DNA of 64,000 nucleotides from Octopus vulgaris (taxonomy: Eukaryota), in the NCBI GenBank assembly GCA_951406725.2, contig OX597815.1:82584001-82648000 (forward strand), read 5' to 3'. A program made the translations under genes and the position numbers. Of this stretch, positions 39,319 through 53,129 are shown piece after piece. A model generated the notes under the pieces. That model had not been told where the DNA came from. It did no database searches and saw nothing but the letters and a program-made list of their open reading frames with translations. The first letter of the stretch is position 1. Every line of letters begins with the position of its first letter.

Positions 39319-40894
39319 CAGTGGGGGGAAATAAATATTTGTGCATGTCAAAATTCTTTATTTATCTAATTTCTAATGAACATAAATGGGATATACCAAT
39401 TCTATATTTGCATACACTTGCATAAACTAAGAATATGCAAAATAAACTAATAAATTATAGTTACTAAGGAATTTATCTACAATTATAAATATTTAGGAGT
39501 GAAAAAAGTATTCGTACAGAACATAAATAACTGATAATTCTGATTTAATACTTCGTAGGATAACCATTATTCAGTTCCACTTCAACTAATCTCTTCTTGT
39601 AGTCTTTAATCAATGACTCACATGTTTCTTTAGGAATATTTTCCCAGTCTTCTTGACAAATTTTCTTCAAATCTGGAATGCACGTTGGGGCTCGTGAATG
39701 AATTTTAATTTCCAGATAATGCCACAAATTTTCAATGGGGTTCAACTCAGGTGACTGGCTAATAATTTTACATTGTCATCGATAATCCATTCTTTTGGTA
39801 GACTTTGCTGTGTGCTTAGGGTCATAAAGCTGGAGCTTTTGTATAGTCCCATAAATTATTGTTCAAAATATTTTGGTACATCTCTGCATTCATTCTACCA
39901 TCTATCACATGTAAATTGTCAGTACCATTTGCAGAGAAACACCCCCACACCATGATGTTGCCACCTCCAAACTTTATGGTAGGAATTGTGTTTTTCGACG
40001 AATAGGCAGTACCATCTTTCTTCCAAACACGGCTACGCGAATTTCTTCCAAACAATTCAATTTTCGACTTGTATGTCCATAGAACATTTTCCCAGAATGT
40101 ATCAGGTTTATCTTTATGTTCATAAACAAATTTTAAATGGGCATCTCTATGCCTTTTAGTCAACAGCGGAGTTTTTCTAGGGGAGCGTGACTTCAGTTCA
40201 TTCCTATGAAGTTCATTGCTGATTGTTCATAGTGTAACACTAGTCCCTGAAACTAACAAATCTTCTTGCAACTCCCTTCTGGTGATCATTGCGTTTTATT
40301 CGATTCTTCATTTCATTTTTCTTAAAGATCTAGGGGAAATCTTGCATGGGTGCACTGGATCTTATTCTGTTTTCAACAGTACCCGATTTTTTATATCCTT
40401 GAATAAATGAAAATATGGTAGAAAATAGAATACAAGGGGTCTCTGATATTTTCCTGTAACTTTTACCTGCTTTCCACTGTTCAATAATTCAGTTTTTCAC
40501 TGAATTTATGAGTTCTTTACTTTTCGCCATTATTATGACACTACTTTATGTTGTCTCAGTGCTGAATGAAGAAGCTACCGTTTTGACACTTAAAAATGAC
40601 AACTGATAAGATTATTGGAACAAACGAGAAAGTTCTAGTAAAAGAAAAATTATTTTAACAGCATTTTGTGGCATAGAAAATCATAAATTTATTCTGTACG
40701 AATACTTTTTTCACCCCTAAATATTTATGATTGTATATAAATTCCTTAGTTACTATAATTTATTAGTTTCTTTTGCATATTCTTACTTTATGCATGTGTA
40801 TGCAAATATAGTATTGTTATATCCTATTTATGTTCATTAGAAATTAAATAAATAAATAATTTTGACATGTACGAATATTTATTTCTCCCCACTG
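39319..40894 (-). mobile_element. Full-length Tc1-like DNA transposon with ~200-bp TIRs and TA TSD
   Basis: TA|CAGTGGGGGGAAATAAATATT ... AATATTTATTTCTCCCCACTG|TA. TIRs are about 39319-39521 and 40692-40894. Confidence 0.95.
39545..40530 (-). pseudogene. Disrupted Tc1 DD34E-type transposase
   Basis: MAKSKEL.., [48 protein letters not shown], with stops and frameshifts. Confidence 0.92.
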
Positions 40895-41419
40895 TATATA
40901 TATATATATATATATATACATATACGTAATACGCATTTGTTTTTCAAGCTTATACACATATGTATATAAAAAATGTACACGCATATATAAGCACACGAAA
41001 ATATAGACCGCACTCCAGTAAAACCTTTACCTTGCTACCTAAAATAAGCTATCTGCAGAAAGACCCTCCACCAATTATATATGTGTATGTACGCATACAT
41101 ATAGATATGTATGCATCTCTCTCCTCTATCTCGTCTATCCCTCCCCTCTTTCTCACTCTCTCTCTTTCTTTTTCTCTCTCTCTCTCCCTCTCTCTATCTC
41201 TCAACACACACACACATACATATAGAGAGAAAGAAAACGTGAAAACAAGTGAGCAAGCGAAAGTGAAGGGTATGAAACTACTATAAACGTTTTGTGAGTA
41301 TGCGAATATATCCCTTAATATTTCCTGTTGGTATATATATATATTTATATCTGCAATCATTTTAATATATAATCTTGCGTGTGAGTGCGTGCATGTGCGC
41401 CTATGTGTTTGCTTATGTG

Positions 41420-41481
<62 letters not shown>

Positions 41482-43485
41482 TGTGTGGGTGCGCTTGTGC
41501 GTATGTGTATGTACACTTCAGTAGCTTAATTGCTAGATGAATTCTTGTCAGTTGATGTCAGTTTCAAAGAAAGAACTATTTTCTGTTTGACTAAATGGAT
41601 CAGAAACTTTTAGAGCACACCATTATGTCTGATCTAGTGGCGCTGACATAATCTACCCCAAATGCTACGAAATTCCAAATGGTGTGGGGGAATAGCAAAA
41701 CTAATTTTTCAGGAATCTACCTTCTAGTAATATTTCACTTTCTGTTTTTATGATTTTAAAAGCTGCCAAAATATAACAAATATGAGAAAAACGTAACAGA
41801 ATAGAAATAATAATGGTTGTTATTTTCGAGGTACCAGTCAACCATTTTTTAAACAAGATGAGCTGTTATAGTCGATTTGTTAGGCTTCTATAAAGATAAC
41901 ACATTTTTGAATCGTTCAGTTGCGCATGGCCAAATTTATTACGTGCTAGGTAATTAACCAGCTTGTCAGTTACGGGCTCAGGGTGGTATCCATTACATAG
42001 TCATCAGCAAAAGATCCCAGTTATCTCTAAGAACATGGTATAAAATAGTCTGTATATTCTACTGTTATATACCATATATGCAGCATGGCAGAAATATAAA
42101 AGTTTTATGGTATTCTGTATATTATTTCAAAATAGTTTCCATGGGTTAATAATTATCAGTGACAGACAGCACACCAGTCCAAAGTAAATGTGTATTTCTC
42201 ATGCTCTTAACTCTTATAGCAATCAGAATTTAATATCGAATCTATATAATAAATACTGCTTATCAATACTATTAATTAAAATCAGAAATACTTCAGAGAT
42301 ATGGTAGTGGCGATATAAATGAGAACATTTGTGTTTGTTGATGTTTGGAGGCTGTCACAGTCGTAACAGTGATATTGATATTTAATAACTTTGTTGTTTG
42401 AAAGCTACCAACAGACTAGGTTTGCTTCAAAATCACCGATTAGATACGCGATTTAGTCTAACTGTACAAATCAACAAATAAATCAATTTTACTGTGGATT
42501 CTAAAGTGAGGGTCCCGCAAATTATTTTCGGAAGCATGACCTAAATAAACTCAGTCTAAATAAGATTAGAATGCTGGTGAAAAGTTGTTGTTCAGAAGAA
42601 TTAGCTTTAGCTGTTTTTTCAACCATAGAAAAAGCCACCTATCCTTGCATAGATTTTCCCCTCATTTCATATTACAGAAACCAATGTGAAGCAGTGAAAC
42701 CGCCCACAAAAGCAATGTTTAATTTCTGTTGTTGCTGAGGTTTAAGTTAACTAAAGATTCAGATTTGCTTGTAGACAGCGCTAAAATTATCGTAGGCAAC
42801 TTAAATATAAATGGTCGGGTGCATATTCAGTCTACACTCGGTCAAACAAGTTAAGCTTGTATGTAATTATTTCTAATAAGCTCTTATACGAAGGAAAGGG
42901 CACTTTTAATAAAATAGTCATAGATAGTCATAGAAAAACAGGCGAGAATGGCATTGCTGCAAAGGCATTTCAGAGAAGATATGTACAATGATTTCTGACT
43001 TCTACTAACAACAACAGCAATTATATATTAAAATGTACCGTCATAATATAAATCTGGTTGAGGAAGATACAGTTAAAAGTGTAGAATCGTATACCATGGA
43101 TATTAATTACATAAAGTAGTTCAATAATATTAAATAGTTATTTTTCCTTCGTAGATCGCAAATATGTTGCTGATATTTTTGGTATGTATAATCAGCTTTA
43201 AAGAGTGATTTATTTTTGGATTATCGGAAACCAATTAGATCGTAATGGATAAAATTATATCACGTTCATCGTGTAATGGCGACGAAGAAAAGGCAACAAA
43301 ATCAACGATAAAAACAACTAGCATCACAATTATTATTAAGATTAATATGAAACATTGCGGAGATGCTGGAGGGAAGAAATGAGAATTTCGAAATCATTTT
43401 CAGCGAATGTCAGTTCGAAATGTATTTGAATTTATGTGCCTCTAACTTACAACTTATAAACACGCAGTGTTAGCACACACACAAA

Positions 43486-43584
<99 letters not shown>

Positions 43585-44049
43585 GTAACAACATGAATGA
43601 AAATGGAGAAAATCACATTTTTGATGATTAAACCATACATTACCAACGATAGTACTGTGCCAGCATATTTAGATGCAGAAAAAGGAACAAAATATCAGTC
43701 GAACCAATACGTACGATAATTTATGCTAACACAGTTTTATCATGGTGACTCAAAACATATTAAAATCAAAGTGAACTGAAATAATATCTATAATATATGA
43801 ACCCATACAAAGGGAAAGTTAAGAAGAAATATATTTTGAGAAAAGTCAGTTTAGTATTTAGGCTTATGATGACGTCTGGAGATAACGAAAGAATAAAAAA
43901 TAAATAAATAAACAGAAATTCTACGTCACGACATTTAGTTATCTAGTTATTTGTGTATGCTAAGAAACAATAAAAGAGTTATGCTTATTTATAGGAAAAG
44001 CAATAATTATGGTGCTATTTGCTACTGAAATATTTAATGTTTTTCTCTA

Positions 44050-44574
44050 TTTATGGGAACATTTCAACTGACTGGCCCTATCATTTAATAATTTTAATTT
44101 TGAAGTAATTAGTATAATACGTATTCTCTAGGCACAGATCACATTTTAAATTACCAGTTTTGTACGATGGAGTGTAACTAACGTCGGGCCATTGTATATC
44201 GTATTCAATGTTCCTGTCTTTCAATTCCAAATGCATTTACTAAGATTTATGGAACTACATTTCCTTCTTAACTTAAATGAAGGAGGGCGATTATGAATTC
44301 TAGATTTCTAAATTGTAGCAGGAGAACCTATATAATAATACGTACGACGTCCTGCTTTTACAATACATTGGTATACTATATTCTTCCTTAAACACTGATT
44401 TTCTAAAGGAAACACAAATTCGTTTTTGAAATTACAAATATGTTTATTACCTTGCATGTAGCACTCATAGTCAAAAGAGTTAGTATCAACTGTACTCTCA
44501 GAATCAGGTGTTAAATCTGTATTATTAGCAGCATTATATTCAATATTATTACTTAATGATAAAAACAATTTCAA
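44050..44574 (-). pseudogene. Decayed Penelope-like GIY-YIG endonuclease fragment, a different subfamily from 6447-7351
   Basis: PLENQCLRKNIVYQCIVKAGRRTYYYIGS followed by ..SF....LSKCIWELKD.NIEYDIQW. Confidence 0.75.
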
Positions 44575-44722
44575 TATTGGAATTACCTATTGTATCAAGA
44601 ACTAGTTGAGGAAAATTAATATCGCGACTTATCTCACAATTGACCCTAACCGTTCAACTGAGTTCATTGATGTAGTTCGCTTAATACTGAGTGCTTTCTA
44701 GATATATTAATTCCTCTTGTTG

Positions 44723-44786
<64 letters not shown>

Positions 44787-45071
44787 GATATGTAGAAAAA
44801 TACAAACTGAGACAAGAACGCATAAGAACTTAGAAGACGATACAACAAACACAGACAGGACATTCGAAGCCCTCAGTCTTCAGTCAAGAACCGGGTCATC
44901 GTAGTAATATATATATACTCACATATATATATATATATGTATGTATTTATATATGCATATATTCATGTATATAAGACACTCATATATGTGTACATATATA
45001 AACATATACTTACTACTACTACTTCTACTAACAATATTATTATTATTATTATTGTTATTATTATTATTATT

Positions 45072-45584
45072 GAGTGAGAGAGCAGTGCATGCCATAAAAG
45101 TGACACTGGGGTAAAATATATGAAGCCAAGTATACCTGTTTGATAAGAGTACACCAGGCACATGCATCATAACCAAAAGTGCGCGACACAGTGATCTCAT
45201 ATCAAGATAAACAGCGCATGACCTTGCAGGTGGGACCCAGTTAGAATTATCTCCATGTCGAGTAGCCTATCCCAATCAAAAGTTTCCTAAATGGGGGTTG
45301 TTTAAAGGTGTTGAACAAAACACCCATGTTTCCAAAGATGAATTCTCCAAACCCAAAAGAATTTCTTTCAACACATGACGATGATGTTCCCCCACTACTT
45401 CTGTTTGTGATCAGAGATGCACATATCGCCAGCTACAAAGGGACATGCTTAACTGGTTAAGGTCGAGCAACTGACAATCACACCTGAGGTATTGAACAGA
45501 ATATTTGTACAATGTACATGATAACACTTCCAATTAGTTAAGATCAGAAACCATAAGAGTCACTGCCTGGTACTGCATCAGCGC

Positions 45585-45586
<2 letters not shown>
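45072..45586. mobile_element. ~515-bp non-coding interspersed element bounded by (ATT)n tracts
   Basis: Sharp boundaries with (ATT)n on both sides and no usable ORF. It resembles an abundant cephalopod repeat from recall; its family is unassigned. Confidence 0.55.
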
Positions 45587-45618
<32 letters not shown>

Positions 45619-45621
<3 letters not shown>

Positions 45622-46012
45622 TAGTTTTATTTTTATAGCGTGCTTTCAGTTCACTACCGAGCGCAGCTCTGTGTGCCTTGGGTATGTGCTGTGATTTGTT
45701 GTGATGCTCTGATGGTTATTGTATGGAAAGTGTTCTGCGTAGGATGTGTACAGTGCCTAGTAGTGCAATTTTCTGTATGTTATATGTGTTTGTAAGTCCT
45801 GGTGTTTTTGTTATGTATTTGTCTGAATATTTTTTTATCATGCCTAATGCACCTACTATGATAGGAATTGTTTCTGTTTTCAGGTTCCACATTCTAGTTA
45901 CCTCTATTTCCAGGTCTTTGTACTTTGAGAGTTTCTCCATTTCTTTTAGAGACACGTTGTCATCTGCCGGTATTGATACATCAATTAGAAAGCATTTTTT
46001 TTCTTCATGATC
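45619..46012 (-). pseudogene. 5'-truncated R4/Dong-type element: RLE endonuclease C-terminus plus 3' UTR, inserted in (TAA)n
   Basis: DHEEKKCFLIDVSIPADDNVSLKEMEKLSKYKDLEIEVTRMWNLKTETIPIIVGALG..LLGTVHILRRTL, with TAA repeats on both sides. Confidence 0.9.
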
Positions 46013-46020
46013 TTCTTCAT

Positions 46021-46047
46021 AATATTATTATTATTATTATTATTATT

Positions 46048-46089
<42 letters not shown>

Positions 46090-46162
46090 ATTGTTGTTGT
46101 TATTATTATTATTATTATTGTTATTACTATTATTATTATTATTACTATTATTATTATTATTA

Positions 46163-46206
<44 letters not shown>

Positions 46207-46312
46207 CTGCATCTACTACTACTATTACCGGTACTGCTGCTCCAGCCGCTACTGCTGCTAATACTGCTGCTACTACTGCTGTTGCTACTGCTGCTACTGC
46301 TGCTACTGCTGC
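46021..46312. repeat. Compound (ATT/GTT/CTA/CTG)n trinucleotide tract
   Basis: Directly visible. Confidence 0.95.
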
Positions 46313-46964
46313 TCGCATGATACTGTTGTTTTGGCGAGAACAGCCGTCAAACAATTCTTATAAATTTGCATTTTTATCAGATTTACTGACTGATAAGCTT
46401 TTTTAATTAAAAGAACAATCTGGAAGGGAAGACATCTATATCAACACGAAGAGCAGGTGAAAATTTATTTCGTAGTCGTATATTTATATTTTCTTCGTTT
46501 GATTCTCTTGCCTGTAGCTTTACATTTTCCATGGATGAAAGACGTCCTGAAAAAAGTCACAAAACATTACTGAGTTGCTTAGTAACTTCATTGATATTCT
46601 TGGTACTTATGAAATTGTTTTTTTATGACTGCTCCTGTTGCTTTCGTCTCTGTACTTGGATGTATTAGTGACGTATTTAGTTCTCTCATTTCACCTTTCC
46701 ACGTTGTTAATGGTGGTCACTCATATTTTTATTATTGTTGTCATCGTTGCTGTAGCCGTTGTTGCTACTGCTGATTTCCCTTTAACTGGAAGAGGTTTTT
46801 TTAAATGAAAATATCGCAGGGGCTGTTTTGGTAGTTATTACTGTTTTATTATAAAAGCGTTTGGTATTGTTGTTACTTTCGCTATTACTGCTTAATATGT
46901 TGTTGTTGTTGTTGACCTTGTAGTTATTGATGTTACTGCTGTTGTTATTCTTTTTTTTTTTTTT

Positions 46965-47105
46965 TGATGAGCTGAAACAATTAAAGAAATATAAAAATCT
47001 GGAAGTAGAAGTAACGTGAATGTAGGGATTGAACGCAGAAACAATCCGGCTACAATAGGCTCTCTGGAATGATTAAATAAGATATGACAAACAAATACAT
47101 AAAAC
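46965..47105 (+). pseudogene. Older fragment of the same RLE endonuclease region
   Basis: ELKQLKKYKNLEVEVT*M*GLNAETI resembles EKLSKYKDLEIEVTRMWNLKTETI. Confidence 0.65.
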
Positions 47106-48082
47106 TATAAACAATAAAACTTACTAGAATGCTGTATCTAAAGCAGGGTGCACATGTGGAAAATATAAATAAAATCTTAGAAGAGGAGTGAGAGTGATCT
47201 TCAAAAGGAGACTAACGATACAGTGTAGCTAGAAGTAATCTATAGAAATAATGAATACGCAATGAAGAAAAACATATACTAAGAGAATCTTGGACTGCTT
47301 ACCAAAAAGCATTTGATAGCTTCCAACAATCTTAGATATCAGTGACACAATAACACCAAGTCTACTCCCGTTTAAAAGCAAAAAATAAAACGAAGATATT
47401 ATAACAGGGTGACAAAAAAAACAGTCCAATGAAAACGCGTAGACTCCTACGCGGAGCTCACTCACGTTTCAAATATTCTCTCTAGTTTTGTATCCATCAA
47501 CATGTTTATTTTTTAATGTGGAGCCACAAATGTTTATGTGAACTTCAAACAAATTAGAAAATATCTCCATATGAATGGATTAAAATTGTAATACCCATCT
47601 GGTAAACTCAGTAGGAAGTATATTTGAATTTTAGTCATGAAATAAAAGTAGTTATGAAATTAGTAAAATGTTCCAAAACTACTCTGAGACGAAGCAGATG
47701 ACTTTTGTGACGATTAAATTAGATTCATTGCCCCTAAAGCATAGGAATAAGTGTCTTAGACCAAAAGTATTAATGCAAATAGTAAGAAGTAAATGAAACT
47801 GATATAACAGGCGGAAATGAAGGAGAAAACTAGTAAAGAAAACTGCTGAAGACTTGAACTAAGGTTAAACATTTCAACGCAATACTAGATATAAGAGGGT
47901 AGGTAGAAATATGTCAGACACTCCCATTATAGAATACTGATTCAAATGTAAACTCGACGATAAGTAAAGTGGAAGGCCTAGACTGAAGAAGCAAGAAACT
48001 ATACGGCGTTCTGAAAGGGAAAATGAGGAAAGCAAGACACTTTTCGTAATGAGAGGAAAAGTATAAATGTAAACTAAATGCT

Positions 48083-48237
48083 AGGAGTGTATGTGTGATA
48101 AGTAGCTTGATTACGAACCACATGGTTCCGGGTTCAGTACTAATGAGTGGCAACTTGGACAAGTGTCTTCTACTATAGCCTCGGGCCGACCAAATCCTTG
48201 TGAGTGGATTTGGTAGACGGAAACTGAAAGAACCCCG

Positions 48238-48296
<59 letters not shown>

Positions 48297-48483
48297 CATA
48301 TGTATGTATGTATGTATGTGTGTGTATATATTTGTGTGTCTGTGTTTACGTCCCCGTAACTTAGCAGTTACCGATAGAATAAATACTAGGCTTACAAAGA
48401 ATAAGTCCTGGGGTCGATTTGCTCGACTAAAGGTGGTGCTCAGCATGGCCACAGTCAAATGACTGAAACAAGTGAAAGAGAGA
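48083..48483 (+). mobile_element. SINE family A, near full length, with an internal (TA)n
   Basis: Collinear with 58743-59160. Confidence 0.9.
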
Positions 48484-48874
48484 GTCAATGAGAGCTATTG
48501 ACACAGAAGTAAAGATGTTAGATGTAGTAAAAATCACCTTGAGGACAAATGAATTCTTTCTAAAACTGAAAAATGACTCCTGAAAAACATCAACAGGAAA
48601 ATAACAAAACTAAAATGACACTATAAAGCCAATCGTCCCGCTAGATATAGCAATCACATACGCTTCAAATTGTAGCTTACAGTCTTAAGATGGAAGTCAA
48701 CGCCGAATAGCATAAATTTTAAGCAATATCTAAGACATATAGAAGTGAGGGTCTCGACAGAACCGCCTTTTAAAATATGTCACATATTTAGAGGTTATTT
48801 TAAGCTAAATAACAACACACACACACACACACAAATACATGCTCACATACATGACGAGATTCTAGATAGTTTCG

Positions 48875-49010
48875 TTTTACTAAATACACTCACAAGACAT
48901 CAGCTGGCGCTTGGCTATAGTAAAAGTTACTTACCCAAGGGGACACACACCGGGACTTAACCTGAAACCACGTGGTTGCAAAGAGAACTGTTTAGCTATG
49001 CAGCCACACC
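48875..49010 (-). mobile_element. SINE family A head fragment
   Basis: GGCTATAGTAAAAG..TTACCCAAGG..CACGTGGTTG..CAGCCACACCTGC. Confidence 0.6.
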
Positions 49011-49061
49011 TGCGATCATGAGTTATAGAGAAAAAAATAAAGTAAAAGAGTACATAGATAA

Positions 49062-49431
49062 ACAAGAGCACCCAGAGAACACAAACCTCCGCCAAAGTAC
49101 ACCAACGTCCTCTCAAGGATTTGCAGGAGATTATTTTTACAATAAGAATATCTGAAATAAACTCGACTTCTCTCACAAACGAGAAAGTTAAAAATGAACC
49201 CAACCGCTCTCCTGAAATTAAATTAAAAAAAAAAACGGAAAAATAATCCAGAATCCTTGTCCAGCACTGGATCGATCTCGAAATCTAATCAGTTCGTGCT
49301 AGTCATGAGGCCAAACATCTGTAAAAGTTTCATCCAAATCCATTCAACGGTTCTTGAGATATCTTTTCAATGGACAAACAAACAAAGATGAGTGAAAACA
49401 ATACCTCTGCCTTAGCGAAGGGGGGGGGGTA
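49062..49431 (+). mobile_element. Helentron-associated (HINE/DINE-1-like) non-autonomous element
   Basis: Sub-terminal ACCTCCGCC and a 3' ACCTCTGCCTTAGCGAAGG..GGT stem-loop, a short (ACAA)n, and an AAGTTTCATCCAAATCC core typical of these elements. Confidence 0.55.
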
Positions 49432-50361
49432 AGAAAGTGAGGAGAACATTTCAGAGAAAGATTACTGTAAAAGTAGCAAGAAAACCATAAAAACTCAAAT
49501 GTCTTTATAATAAAAACAATTACATAAATTTATGCTTTTGAAAGCATCTAAAACTATTGCTAATATCCAAATATTATTCTCGTGCCCTATAACCTATCAC
49601 CCACACAACTCTGATGATGAATGCAAGTATCAGCGGAAAGATCATAATTGTAGCAGTAAAATCTATTTGCAATAAACTCGACTGCAATAATTTGCAATCG
49701 TTATTGTTCTTCCACTTAAAGTGAGACTTGTTCGAACAGACTTATGAAATGTATTACAGCCGTAGGCATTCCCATTGTTGAAACATGGCGTACCTATGAT
49801 CATATTATACCCTTTAAAACTATAGTGGGTAATTCAAGGTAGATTTGGTTGGTACGTCTAGCAGTTTTAGCGACAGTATTCAGATGCACAGAATATTCAC
49901 AATACAATTGGCTGATGTTGCTGGCAGACGGCAAATTTACAGATATGAAGCTGCCGCAGTCTGATGAGAGAGAACGTTCAAATACGCATATGTCAGCAAC
50001 GATAGGCAACCGATGCAATGCGAAAACGAGGAAGTGAGAAAAACGAAATGAAAATATTACTTATCTCATCTGCTTTTTGCTATTGTTTAACTAATCAATA
50101 TTTTACGAAGAACTGATTCGATAAAAAATCAAATGATAGATAAATTAAATGATAAAAAGAAAGCAGGAAATATAATGCTAAACTATCTATATGCAAATAA
50201 AGAAACATCACAAATGTGAATATGTTTATACACGTACACACTAACACGCGTGCTTACACAACACAGACATAAGTATGCATTTAAAAGTATTTATACAAAA
50301 TCAAATTATTAATTCCACAGAGTATATGTAGATATACGTTTATGCATACTCATATGTCCGT

Positions 50362-50394
<33 letters not shown>

Positions 50395-50588
50395 AGTGTA
50401 TACATCTATATTATAACTACATATATATGACTATATATATCTACATTTATACATATGTATATATATATACATACACACACACACACATATATAGATAGAG
50501 AGAGACAGAGATAAATATACATATATATATATACATATACATACATACAAACATACATACACACAAAAACACACAAACACACATACAC

Positions 50589-50625
<37 letters not shown>

Positions 50626-53129
50626 TGCATTCATGTGTTTATGTAACTTATGTTCTTGTATCTATCCTATTTATTCGTATTATAGTATTATATATGCGTG
50701 CTGTCTCATTCTGAATATTGCATCCACTTTTTCAAACAAGGGTCACATAGTTAACGAATATCTTTTGTTCACTCTTGTTGTGCTACCATCCTTCAATATG
50801 ATATTTAAACATTCTGAACGTATCTTCATGTACCGAATTCCATATACTATTTTTCATAATCGCCAGAAGGTCGGCAACGACGAGTGATCCGAAGTACCGA
50901 TTGTTGAAGTTTCTGCTCGCAATAAAATACGCAGTTCTTATTTTAGTAGTCAATATTTATCCGTTGCTATCTATTTATACAAAAGTGTTTGTATATATCA
51001 TTAAATAGAAGAACACTGAACAGAAATGGGAAAATATAGGACTCAACATAGAATAGTTCGATTTAATTTTCTCAAGCAATAATGCCGTTATTTCATACAA
51101 TAATCACAAACTAAAAACGTATCATTATGAAATCACAAGAAATTGTAAAGAGAATAAGATAACGTGCTTGCATATTTGATGAAATTACCGCTGTAAATTC
51201 TGTGGAGTACGAGTTCAAATTTAGTACGAACGCGTGCTCTCCCACAAAGAAATGGAAATAATTTGAAATAAATGATTAAGGTTATTTGTGGAGGACTGCA
51301 CGTGCATGCAACTTTCTTCTGTACACGTCACCAATTTTGCCCACGCATAAGGAAATGCGCGCGCGCACACACACACACACACGCTTATATATCTTTGTTA
51401 ATTCGCATGTTTGCTAATAGAGAAGTATGGACGTATACATATATGTTTATAGATTGTTCATAGTTGTGTTTATAAAAGAGAAAAAGTACTCGGTATCGAA
51501 ACTAGAATGAACATATATCAGTAGAAACAGAAATGTTTGGAATGATAACATCGCATTTCCCGAAAAGACTGCATGATTCTTTTAACGAGCCGACCAAGAA
51601 ACCTACTCCAGACTGTAATTTCAAGACTCTAAAAGATACATACCTGCTAGACCAGGTAAGCACGATTAGTTTACTAGTCAACGAAGACAAAATGTATAGT
51701 ACAACGCTCACAAGGTATATCTAGGAACGTGTTTAAATGCATACGTGATGTATGCATCTAAACAAACTTTGAAGGACGCCACCATCACCAGGTTATTCAC
51801 AGTAACATTTCTACAAATCAGATATCCCTATTAGCCATGCGTTTTTGCTTTCTCTTGATACCACACCGATACACTGAAGATTTACAAGCTCAATATTGGC
51901 AGATATCCATCACTCTTTCGTTTAGAGAGTTTCTTCTGTTTCCATATTTAGTGGCATTTCTTTCGGTTCTTTACATTCTGAGTTTACATCCCACCGAGGT
52001 CAACTTTGTCATTCATAATTCCAGGCTCGGTAAAACAATTATGAGTTTAGCATAGGGGTGAATGTAATCGACTTACGCCTTCTCTTAAATTCGCCAACCA
52101 TGTACCAAAATAAGAAACTGTTATTATTGCGGTGAATCGTCAGAATCGTTTAAGTTTCGGAAGAACTGTTAAAAGGTCTTTATCCGTGTCTTTTTACATA
52201 AAAGACTTTGAACTAACAGAATTGTTAGAAAAACTACGCAGCAGAATATCGGGTATGTGCTGTAAGCAACATAGTTAGTATTACGAAAGTACATTGTCAG
52301 TGGAAGACTTTATCATTTTGAAGCAATTTTAATTTTTTAAAACAAATTTTTAATAACATATTTATAGATGAACCACGTTCTTTTATCTCTGTTGCTAACA
52401 GGAAAGATTTGTCACTTTTCCAAAGAAACACTAAGTGGGAATGTAGTCTATTTTAGTCAATTTTATCTTCTCATTGGAAATTAAGGAATTTAATGTAAGC
52501 TTTTAATTTTTCGTTCTATTCCTAGTGAAGCGTCTAATCACTTTGAAAGGTGACATCGACCTTTCAGCAGAAGAAACTACTGTAGCAGGAATTCAATTGT
52601 AACAGTTTTACTACTTCGGGGAATTAGTTTGAATTAATTTTAAAATAGAAATAGAAACGCAAGCAGATTTTTATTTAATTTATCCTGGAATATTTGTGCT
52701 TCGTAAATTGCATATAGATCATGGAAGAAATTATAATTCTTTGCTAAACTCTCTGTAGTTTTATCTTCACTACTCAGTTTTCTTTACTACCCAGTGATAA
52801 AATAAATTATAGATTTTGAAATCATTGTATCTTGCACTATATATCATTTAATAATAGGCAGAATACGAGCCATGGTTTTGGAATAACAATAGGATATCGA
52901 GCCAAAGCTTCAGCAGAACTTATTTAGGGTTCTTTACGTTGAGTTCAAATCTCACCAGTTTCACTTTGCTGCCATCTATTCTTACGGTGTCAACAGAGGA
53001 AAAAGAAAACTTAACAGACAAGAACTGGGATTAATATAATCAACCATAATCTCTCCTCAAATGTTGAAGCCTTGTGTCAGATATATTTATTATCTTCCTT
53101 AATTGAAAAATTCAAACGTTAGTTTGATA

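Noticed and set aside
41520-43450. Possible pogo/Tigger remnant
   Set aside because: Only faint peptide resemblance, with no TIRs or ordered motifs I can confirm.
49604-49652. CTGATGA..GAAA..ATC hammerhead-like string (similar weak strings at 2250, 12475-12520 and 43866)
   Set aside because: Stems II and III are not supported, and such short boxes arise by chance.
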